Below, one piece after another: positions 53,100 through 64,000 of a stretch of 64,000 nucleotides of DNA. Under the pieces are notes generated by a model. It searched no databases, was not told where the DNA came from, and saw nothing but the letters and a program-made list of their open reading frames with translations. The position numbers were made by a program, and so were the translations under genes. The first letter of the stretch is position 1; each line of letters starts with the position of its first letter. Origin of the DNA: Chrysomallon squamiferum (lineage: Eukaryota > Animalia > Mollusca); assembly GCA_012295275.1 (NCBI GenBank), contig CM022679.1, positions 17,422,001-17,486,000 of the forward strand, written 5' to 3'.

Positions 53100-53800
53100 C
53101 TTCTGGTGCTATTTATTAAGTCACCAAATGGACAGCTAACAGGAACTAAATTTCGAAATCAAGTGGATAAGGTTTATATCAACATCCTCGTTCGACTGTC
53201 GCGAAATTTAAGAATTCCAAATGAAACTCATCCTTAATTGGTATTCACTCTAACAGATCTCGTCCCTTATTCACGCCATCAATTGTTGTCACAGAGGCAA
53301 CGGTATCCATAAATAAAAGAAAACGACATTTTGTGAACAGAATGTCTACCAATACAGTTTAACCTACGAAAACGATGTCTCCATAATCAATGGCGGCTTC
53401 CGATAATATTAATCCGCATCTAGTTATAAGAAATAGGTCTAGGTTCTGTGTAAAATAAACCGTGATTTATTGAGTGAAAATGAATTTTTATCATCTTATG
53501 TATTGGCAAAGATAATTACTTATATAATATTATTTGTTTTTAATATTTATAGAATGAACTGTGGGATAAACAACTGCAGCAGGTTATTCAGATCAGGTCA
53601 AAGAGCAAGCACATGAAAGTTCTTAAGACCCATTTCAATGACCTCCGTTATCGGGTAAATAGGTCAAATGAACCTTGAGTGCTGAATGTGACCCACTGAC
53701 CGCTACATAACTGGCAGCTTGTGTTCACGGTTGATTGTTTTGTAAACATGCCGACTGCGGAAACTGTCTGTTATACTGACTAGTTAATTAGCGATTTACA
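53100..53800 (-). promoter_or_regulatory. PTEN 5' UTR/promoter (CpG-rich)
   Basis: CpG density rises directly upstream of the PTEN ATG. There is a YY1-like CAATGGCGG at 53388. The TSS cannot be determined from sequence. Confidence 0.5.
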
Positions 53801-56565
53801 TATAACCTATGAAAATGAGAGATGTTCATTAGGAAAAGTGTCAAAAATATTAAACATCAGAACAAGTTTATATTCATAATATTGACTGCAACCACACTTG
53901 ACACACTGATTTAGAAATTATTCCATTATCGGATTACGATTAAAAACACTCAGTATGACGCCATTATTAATATTATTATTATTATTATTTTAAAAATAAT
54001 AATTATCATTACATATAATAATTCTTATTAATAACAATAACAAGGAACAGGTAAAGTCAATGCCACATGCAACGATTATATACAAAGTGCAGCAAGCACT
54101 TACTTAGTCTTAAAAATTCTGGAGAAAACAGTAACATATAAAAACTATACAGATTGTTTAGCATTTAAGAATAAATTAATCTGATCAGTTTACCTATTTT
54201 TTGTTGTTAGAAACAAAAAAGAAGGCAGTTCTTTCATGAAACATTTGTTTATATAATTACAATTTACGTACAGGTGCAGAGTTTTCCAGATCACTGCTGT
54301 CTTTGTGTGTAATAATCTGTAATTAGTCCAATGTGAAGTTGATTACTAGTGGCTCTGCGTACCTATAAATCAAGCCAACTGGATTCTGCTTACTTCTTTT
54401 CAATGTTTGTGCATATTTTATTTACTTTCCTAATTATCCATTTATTTTGACAAGTACAATGCACAATCTCAGTATCTATCCTAATGGAGATTAAAAAATA
54501 TGTATGTATTTTTTTTTAATATTTAAGAATCCAAATTAATCTCAACAAAAACAGACAACTGAATAATTTTGGCCACACTTGATAAAATTATCTACAGCAG
54601 AACTATACAATGGACTGATGAGATTGGGATTTAGCACATATTAATATACATTCATGCTGAAATAGAACACAAAAACATCTTAATATGCTTCTATCTCTGT
54701 TTGATTTATACTGAAATGTCATTTACAAAGAGAAAACACAAACACTATTTCATATCAGTTAACATCAAATTTATTTTGCAGGTTTATGATATTGCACTAA
54801 CATTTTGGGTCCTTTTGTCAAACAGAATATATAATTTTAAACAAAAATTACAAAAACAAAAAAAATAAATGTCAGTTATCATTTATTTTACTAAATGTAA
54901 CTGCTACATTAAACAATGACCCTTTATTAGGTTTTAAAAATTTCAGTTAACTCTTAATTTTTCTGATACAGACGAACCCAAAACAAATACAGTGGTACAT
55001 ACCAATAATAAAAATCGTGATTTATTTTCATATTCTGATTAACTGGTTTCAGTTCTGTGATAATCTTCTCCACTTATTCATTTTCCACAATACTTTCTAA
55101 TTAGCTTTAAAAAAAAATTATTACTACTGAAAGTGATTATTTTAAATTGATATTTACATATTTCAGGTTGTCTAAAGTAAAGTTGGTATTATACCAGGTT
55201 TTCATAACATATATGTTCAAAGTATACACTTTCAAAGTTACAGTGTCAGAACAAACACAAATCAATAACAAAACTAACTGTATCTTGTTTAGAAAATATC
55301 ACAATACTGGGATATTCTTTCACTCCAACGAACTGTCTGTGCTTAAACAATTTTAAAGTGCCTCTTCTCAGTTTATTCTGATATTTTAAAATTATAATTC
55401 ACAAAATATTTACTTCGGGGAGTGTGTGGATTTTAAAATTATTATAAACATGAGCTTGACAAATTTACAAAAATTCAGTTTAAATGTTTTTTAAGAACCA
55501 TCCTTTGTATTGTTTGTAATCCAGCAGAAACAAACATAAAATGTATATTTTGTGTTCCAAAAACAGTGCAGCAAATATAACAATAATTTTTTTTTTAATA
55601 CTTTATTGCTTTGCAAATTAATTTTGTTCCCAAATAGTCCATAATCAAAACAAAAATAAAAATAAAATAAACCATACACAAAAAACCTCAATCAAAATAA
55701 AACAATAAAGCTGACAATTTTGTCACACAGCTTGTTCAACTGATAAATAAAAACCTGTCATTAAAGGAATGTTTTTCCTTTTGTTCTACATTTTCAACCA
55801 TTCAAAATAGGTCATTAAGAAAGAAAGACAAAATTGTTTCTTCAAACTATTTATTAACTTATGAATATAAATGTTATGCTAATCATTTTTGATTACTAAA
55901 TAAAAAGAAACAAAGAAGATGAAATATTTTGATCCTAATATCAGACAGCAAAAAAACCCACATTATTAATATTACAGCCTTCTATTTCACATTTTGTAAT
56001 CAATACAAAATGCTTAAAGAAGCTAAATGCTATAAAAATCAAAATATTTGTTTAAAAATATAAAAATCTTTAAAAAAGAGAAAACATAATACTGTTAAAA
56101 AAATGTAATGCAATGACCTCTGTATACAGTGAAAAAAAAACAATAAGTAATATAAAAGAATATCAAAAATGTTCAACCATCTCAGCTCCAAAATAAAGAA
56201 GAAAATAACTAAGTGCAAATAATGTATCTTGATTGAAATGCAAAAAGCTGGTTAAAAATTCTAGTTAGTAAGCTCTCAACGTAAAAAGCACATCTGTACC
56301 ATATTTTTCTAATTTCATCTCTGTAAAATCAATCTAATTAATATAAAAATAAAAACAAATATTCCTTAGAAGCACCATCAATTTTTAGTGGAAATAAAAA
56401 AAACCAAGAAAACCCCCCCCAAAAAAACCAATGAAAAAACACCTCTATGCTCACACCTTTGTGTTCTTTATACATGTGGTGAAATTAGAATAAATATGGT
56501 ACATAGCAAATGTGTGTGTGAACTAACATGGCATTCTTTTGACACAGACAACATCAGAGACTTTT

Positions 56566-58527
56566 TCATTGCTTTTCATTTTCTTTCTTGTCTCCATGGA
56601 ACTCTTCAATGCACAAATGACAACTCCAGTTTCCTGAAATGTTAAACAGAGTTTTTGAATATAATGAAAAGAAATGTCTTGGATTAACTATATTACCGGT
56701 GGCTTTCAGCATTCATAGTACATTTCACCCACTGATCTCTCTGAACTTGTGGTTATCTTCAGTATTTAAAATTAAATTTCCTATATTTAATTTTTTTTTG
56801 ATAAAAGATGAACCACATTTTGTTATCAACACTGATAAGTACATTCACTTAATGAATTGTTTTAAAAAAAAAGTTACTTAATTCAGTAACTAAATATTCT
56901 GACTGTAAAGATTAGAAGTTTTAAAATATATCGTAATTAATAAGTTATTTAAAATAGTTGTCAACATTACCTTCTGGTGCTTCCTTTAATTTAGGTGTCA
57001 GACAGTACATGTGATATCCCCGGTCACAGTCATCACAAAACAGAAGCTGATCCTGAAGCATAACAAACTACATAGTACTATTCAGATTTCCACAGTAAAG
57101 ATGTTTGTATATGCACACACACACACATATGCAAGGATTAGGAACTTCTGAATTACTTTGTCAAATATTGAAATAATATAATTTCATTGTTTTCTTGCAT
57201 TAAGATCTTTATTTTCCTAATGAGTTATTACAAACAAAATGTAGAATATTAGTATTCTGTGCACCAAATTTTAAAGTATTTCATATCTGCATGTTATTCA
57301 TTATGTTGGTGAAATAAATTTTCCTCAAAACGTATTTTGTTAATGTTTTAATTTAGTTTGACAAAAATGTCAATGGCCAAAAAAGCAGGTTGACATACAT
57401 CCGAATTTTCATCTTTAATACACATTCTATGGTGTTTAATTAAAAAAATCAAATCAGTTTATTTGTTTTCAAATATTTTGAGCATTGCAGTATTTAAATA
57501 TACATCACTTTGTAAATGTCAAGGGAGATAATCTAATGAAAACTATTAGGTAGCCAACTGAATATAATCACATCAACATATTAATAGAAACAGAATAATA
57601 ATAACAAGCAGAAATAAAAATAATAAATTACTTACATCATTTTCTGAAGTGCCACAAAACCCACAAGACTTGCATTCAATACACTGCCAGGGGTATTTCT
57701 TCACAGAGACCATTATATTTGGAGTAAACTGCAGACACGAAGGATGTCCTGTAGCAATAATATTTTCTCTAATTAAATACTTATCTTGTATGACATGTCA
57801 ATAAATTACAAACGAACACACATGAACAAAACAATTAATAGTTCAAGCACAAACTAAAACAAATTTAATTATTTAGTTAAATGATACAGAAACTGCAAAA
57901 GTATCTAAATATATCTAAAATTTCACAATATATACTGGTATCAATTAGCCAACAGCAGAATTTTCAACTACAGAAGCTGTTTAAACCCTCTGAACATATT
58001 CAAAAAGAATTATTTTACTTGTCTATTCAGTTAACTGCAATCGATAATTCTACATTACACATTACCAAGTCTCTCAGTTTCCAAAAATCTGAAATACTTT
58101 TTCCCTGAGAAGCAGAAATAGTATTTTACACCAGAGTTTTCAAATTATTTTGCATGTACAAACTTTATTATATGCATAAAATTATTTAAAATATTATATA
58201 AAAAATCCTGCAAGCTATCAGTAAAAGCTCTATATAAAATATAAATGGAATTTCTATCATGTTTTCAGGCTATCTTTTATTCAGAAATCAAAAACACTTC
58301 TGGTCAAGTACTGTGAATAAGGGAACTTGAACCTGTACCTTGATTATTTAAAAAGACATGATAGTTCCTTAAATTTAAATAATATTAAAGACAATTACCA
58401 GATCGACCACAATCAGTGCATGAAATGAGCTCCTCTGGTTTATTGGTTTTCTTGTTATTTGCAGCATCTCCCAAACAGAAATCACAGTATGTATTTGGGA
58501 CAGGCTTCTTTTCTGCATTTTTTCCTG
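56566..58527 (-). CDS. DPF2: Second d4/DPF/Requiem paralog (B), 3' four coding exons (double PHD); 5' exons outside the window
   Basis: Exons 58527-58399, 57748-57636, 57052-56971 and 56633-56566 encode [129 protein letters not shown]. Splice sites and all Zn ligands are intact. The symbol denotes the family. Confidence 0.95.
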
Positions 58528-58711
58528 CTGGAAGAAGGACAAATTTAAATATGAAAACGAAGTTTGGTTTATCTGACAGTTTATTATCTACCCTTGTACC
58601 AGTGAAAATGCTATTTACTGATTGATAATTTAGGTGATTTTAATGTAGTTGCTTCGTAAAGAAAACACTTTTTAACTGGTAAACTATTTAGAACTATTAT
58701 AAATTTATAGT

Positions 58712-59100
58712 CAAGGCCGGATTTCCCATATAAGCTTTCTAGGCTAGAGCCTAGAGCGGCAGTTTATGAAAATTGTTACTGGTCAGTTTGCCACCTGTGC
58801 GACTTTCACGCACAATTGGGCGCTTTTTTTTTCCAAACTGAAAAGTCTAGGAACTTAACTGACAAAACACGCAGTCAGCAAATCAAATTTATATTATATC
58901 TATATGTATCATATAATGATATATCATTATAATATTTTGCGGAAGAACAGAATCGCATATGAGAAAAGGCTTTGTGACGCTAGTAATAGTAATACTAGTA
59001 ATAGCAAAATGGCGCCAACAATGTACGAGTCGATTAGCATATATTTTTTAATATTTTTGCATCGTTTGCATTATAGAGTATTGTGATTTCACTGGCGGAC
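58712..59100 (+). mobile_element. Probable truncated DNA-transposon end (CpG-rich insertion in the DPF-B intron)
   Basis: Starts caaggccggattt, which resembles a hAT terminus, and has an internal palindrome tctaggct-ag-agcctaga. It is CpG-rich within a CpG-poor intron. The second TIR was not found. Confidence 0.4.
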
Positions 59101-59517
59101 AATACTTAATACAATAATGCATCATTTCAAGCATAAGTGTTATTTTCAAAGTAAATATGAACCAATAAAGCTTTCGAATTTTCTAGATAATGGTTCCAGT
59201 ACACTGTACAGTGATGAAGCCTTGCCTTTCTGAGATCAAAGCCTACTCGACAATTCCGACTTCATTACACTTTGGCAGAAATCATGCTTTTAAATAAAAA
59301 AAATCATATTAAACGTAAATACTGCACCAAATAATTAATTTTCGATGTCTTTCACAATTGTACAAAATAAGAAAGTGTAATTACCCATTTCGTTTTTTTT
59401 TTTTTTCACAGGTCAGACCGATGAAAGACTTTCATTACGTTCAAGGGAAATAATTCTGTTTATATTTCCTGTTTTAGATAAAGGTTTTACTGTATATTAT
59501 AATGAATAATCTGAATG

Positions 59518-59760
59518 CAGTGGCGTGCAGAGGGCATCTGAACGGGGGGAGGCATCCAATCAGAGAAAATAACTTAATAAATTTGGTTGATTTATATTTA
59601 AATCGAATAAAGTGTTAATTTTATGTTTCATCTTGGTTTACATCTTCAAAATATCTTCCTTTCTCATAATATTTCTCAGTACTAGGCCTTATAGTTAAGT
59701 CTTTCAGGCATACAATCAAGGTGTTGGCCCCAAGTATCACCAGACCTCTGCATGCCACTA
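59518..59760. mobile_element. hAT-type MITE
   Basis: TIRs cagtggcgtgcagag and ctctgcatgccacta; 8-bp TSD tctgaatg / tatgaatg (7 of 8 match). Confidence 0.8.
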
Positions 59761-60805
59761 TATGAATGTATATATTAATTATTATATATTAAAAAATAAA
59801 TAGATAACTTTTTGATTGATTAAATTTAATTATTTAGAATACTAAGAATTGCATAATGTTATTTTCAGTGTCATGATTTGTCACCCTATCGTTTCCCTTT
59901 CTTCTTTCCTTTCCTTTTCACATTACCCCGTTTCAAAACTATTGATTTACATAGCCTTTATCAGTTTATAGTAGTTTGTTGCAAATGTAGTGATCATCAA
60001 AACACATACATATGTATGTATAAATGTATGTATTATCCTTGAAGGAACAGATTTTCAAAAATAAACTTGTTAAATAGAAACATAAACTAACAAAGAACTT
60101 CAAACAAATCTCTTAGATATCTAACAAAAATTAATGGCAATTTAAAATTTTATTAAACATATTTCTAAATCACATTATTACTATGAGAGTAAACCTACAT
60201 CACTAATGTTGCTTTTAAAACAAGTAAAATTTGCAGTTTGCATGTGAAAAACATACTGAAAGGCTTCACTTTATTTTGTACATTATTGTCAGGAATTAAC
60301 ATTAATTGTTTGATATTTTTCCAAAATCAGAAACACAATTTTAGCCATATTTCTAGAAATTTTAAATTTTGTGTCTGTAAATTTCACAATTATTATGTCT
60401 ATAAATTGAAGTTTAAAATATACTTTATCATCAAGAATAAAACTTTTGAAATGGAGATTCTAAGCAACACTCATTCAAAATATTGAAGCATATTTCATCA
60501 AGTGATGAAATGTTCTGATTTAGGTCATTAGGTTTATTTATAGAATATGTTTTTTATTTTATTATTATTTTTTTACTGTCCAATCAGTATCATCATCATT
60601 ATTATAATGATTAAATAGGTAACTGATATTATGCTTCTTTATTACAAAATTTGAATTTTGAATATTTAATTTTCAGTGTGTATGTGGAAACTCATTGGTA
60701 ATTGTTCACCGATTTATTACTGAATATATTATTTCATTATTAGTAGAAATATAATTATAAAACTTGGTACATGCTAAAATAAAAATAAGATTGAACAGCA
60801 AATTA

Positions 60806-60836
<31 letters not shown>

Positions 60837-61136
60837 ATAAAAAAATAAATTAACAAAAGAATGTGTTTTTTGGGTTTTTTTTAAATAGAACTTTATACAC
60901 ATAATAAATGCTTATAAAAGATCACAAACAAGTGAGCATTCACACTTTATTTCAATAAATAATTACAGCAAGAATTATGACAAAATACTGAGGGATCTGT
61001 TCAGCACTCTTTGCATTTACAAACTGTTTCCCTATAATGAAAATACTTCAGCCAAAATAGAAATAAATAAAAACAGTTTTTGTTTCATACTTGAATAAAT
61101 GATTTAAACAAAGATAAATACCAGATGGATCTAGAT

Positions 61137-61385
61137 CAGTGGCTCCCAATAATTTGGGGGTCATGCCCCACCTCACTTCCTCAAGGAATAAAAGCCACCT
61201 AAGTTCTGAAATGGTTTAGAATGTCCACTAACCAGTGTTGTCACGTTCATTAACAAATTTCATAAAACAAAATTTTATTTATTACTTTTCTTATTTTGCA
61301 TGGCTAAATTTGTTGATTATCATTATTTAGATTGTTTGAAAAACTTAATACATTATTTTCAAATTGCCCTCATTGAGAAACACTG
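61137..61385. mobile_element. hAT/Charlie-like MITE
   Basis: TIRs cagtggctcccaa and ttgagaaacactg; 8-bp TSD atctagat / atttagat, matching the NTCTAGAN target preference of Charlie elements. Confidence 0.8.
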
Positions 61386-64000
61386 ATTTAGATAAAATAA
61401 TACAATAAATATGAAATTAAAGTATAAAAACATTAAACCTTGTCATAAAAACTACGATTTCACATATCATACACTCAGCCTACAAAAAACATGCTAATTA
61501 AACTGTACATACAGCACTGGACAATTTGTCTCTACAAGTGATATTTGTTTTCAGCAACTGTAAAATAAACAAGAAATATAGGCAGACATGTAATGATAAT
61601 GTCCATATTATACAGAGAAAGGTTTTTTTTATTTATATATTTTATTTTTGTTAAAAGGTATACAAAAGATGTATTCATTTTTGTCTTTCTTCCTCGAAAT
61701 GAGTAAAAACAGGCTTAGTCGATGTCTGTAACAGTGTTCTATGTATTCATAAAATTACAAGTTCATAATAAAACTATCAACAGCAAAAGAGAATTTAAAA
61801 AAAAAAAGAAAAGAAAAAAAAAGATTAACTGAGATACAGAATGTAAATGACAACTGGTACACTTAAAAATAATCAGTAATGTTTCACAAATTCCAAATCC
61901 AAGACTTGAGAATTCTATGAAGAAAATATAAATATAGCATTTAAAAATAATGTTTATAATAATCTGAACTAAATTCCTTTTCCAATTTAAAATTCATATA
62001 AATATAAGAATTAAATAAAATTTGAATTACTATAAAACAGTAATATTTAAAAATCTTGCATCATGATTTTCATTCTTATCAGTGCAGCCTGCCACTCAAG
62101 AGTTTGGAACTAAATATAAAACTTTTGTATCCTTGACTGGTTTATCAAAAAAGCCACAATTTCAGCCTTGCTGTCTGTGGAAAGCTGGATATTAAAAAAA
62201 TCCATTACTGCTGAAGCATAAGAATAACTTGTTATAAAGGTTTCCTTCTTCAAGTAATCATTATAAATATAATATGTTAATTACAATACTGAAATGTGCA
62301 AATGTGTCATATAAATATTCATTTATTTATTCATTCTTCATTATAATCTTTGATAATCAGTATCAGTTTTACACTTTGAAAACTGTTTTAAAAAACATAA
62401 AATTTATAAATCTTTGTTGTGTTTTGAGAGATTTCTCACATTTTACATTTACTTAAATTATCATTACAAACAAACAATACTCTTTTCTCTCTAATAACAT
62501 GTAACAAAAACAATCCCCATCTAAACCACCATATCTTATTTCAATGAATCTGTAAAAGAAATAGTCTAAATGAATTTTATGTATTTCCAAATGATTATTC
62601 GCTTTGTTACACATTTAACTTTTACCAAAAATAAATTAAGATACTAATACTGTAAGCAGATAATAATGTGAAGATATTTAACTTGGTTCAGTGATGTAAT
62701 AAGAAACGTGTAGAAAAAGTCCTGATAAACTGAGGATTTGTTTTATATTACTTTCTATGCATTGATCTCAAGTACAGAAATAAACAGGAACTTACAAAGA
62801 AAGTATTTAGATCTTTCATTTGATTCTTTAATATTTAAGGCTTGTATGTATTAGTATCTTTCATCTGAAATGCATTTGTTTCTGACAATATTTTGTACTA
62901 GCTCTCCATGAAATTAATAGCCAAATTCATGTTAAAATTTATTTATATGCTTCCAGCATTGTCTGTTCCCTGTGACTAATTTTTGTTGACAACAATCCAT
63001 GGCAATTACATAAAAAAACAAAGTTTGGATCAAGGTGGACATTTTTCTTTTTTGTTGTTGTTGTTGTTTTTTCATAAATAAAAATTAGGAAACACACACA
63101 CACACACGTGCATGTTTACTCAGTCTTTCCAGACTATATATATTTCTTTGAATAAATGACCTGATAAATGGGAAAAGCCAATTTCCACTATTACCACTAT
63201 CTCATTATTTTATTCTTACAGTTACTGACAAATGCTAGCAGGCTAGATTATATTAAAGTTAATACACTATGTCACTAAAAACAGTAGACAACATTTTATT
63301 ATTTATAAACATTTATTTAATGAGCCTCTTATTTTTTTCAAGCTTACTAAAACTACATTAGCTAGTATATAATTCAAAATAATAGTCTTCATTTTGATGA
63401 AGAAAAGTTTTATTATTTTTTTATTATTAGAAAACAATTTAGTTGAACAGGATCCATGTAACTGTTTTTTCACACTTCACTGAGCAATATTTGTCTGTGC
63501 AGTTAATAAGAGTTCCTCCTTTCTGTATTCTTCATCAAGAAAATCATCAAATGAGCTGTTTGTAAATATGCTGTATACAGCTTGACTCGCAAATCTCAGA
63601 CTGAAATTATACAGTTGTAGACATAAAATAAAAACAAAAAAGAACTTACATAAAGTGTATCAGTGGTGGTATGAATAAATGGTCTAATAAAATAATTTAT
63701 CCTTCCAAGTTATTGCCCTTACTGCTTTGTGTGACCAATCACATCTGAAGACAAAGTCTGACAATAAAAAAACATCGTCATTTTACACTACATAAATTTA
63801 GTTATGCTATGATGCAGACTGATAACTGTAATTTTCTGACACCAGAAGACAGATCCACCCTGCACCCTGTCACAACTACAGCAACTTCCAAATATTGTTA
63901 AACTGTACTCTTTAGTTGTTATACTTCATTAGTAATTAAGATTGGTTGGCAGTAAACAAATAAAACATAATTGGAATAAAGATTTAGACCATTTGTTCAT

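Noticed and set aside
53100-53400. PTEN-L-like N-terminal extension from an upstream non-AUG start
   Set aside because: An in-frame TAG lies four codons upstream of the ATG in the unspliced sequence.
56566-58527. DPF-B as an assembly duplicate, allele or processed pseudogene
   Set aside because: Introns are present at the same positions but do not align, many substitutions are synonymous, and there are no frameshifts or premature stops.
62127-62136. GTATCCTTG U12-like donor on +
   Set aside because: No plus-strand exon or matching branch site was found, so it is probably chance.

Overview
AT-rich animal (invertebrate, plausibly lophotrochozoan) genomic DNA with spliceosomal introns, so the unspliced ORF track is mostly spurious. 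From left to right: (1) about 11.3 kb of G-poor satellite DNA built from 36-bp and 41-bp units, with a head-to-head inversion near 595; (2) a 36-bp minisatellite at 13.7-14.65 kb and a CpG-richer intergenic/promoter zone at about 15-24 kb; (3) a complete d4/DPF/Requiem (BAF45) gene on + (22905-35849, 11 exons, about 392 aa) containing a GC-AG intron rich in TGCATG motifs; (4) a complete PTEN gene on - (53099-44214, 9 exons, about 476 aa) whose first intron is U12-type and contains a perfect 28-bp hairpin; (5) the last four coding exons of a second, diverged DPF paralog on - (58527-56566), whose 5' part lies beyond the window. Two DPF paralogs in inverted orientation therefore flank PTEN. Exon boundaries were derived by hand from splice signals, phase and recalled family motifs; no database search was run.
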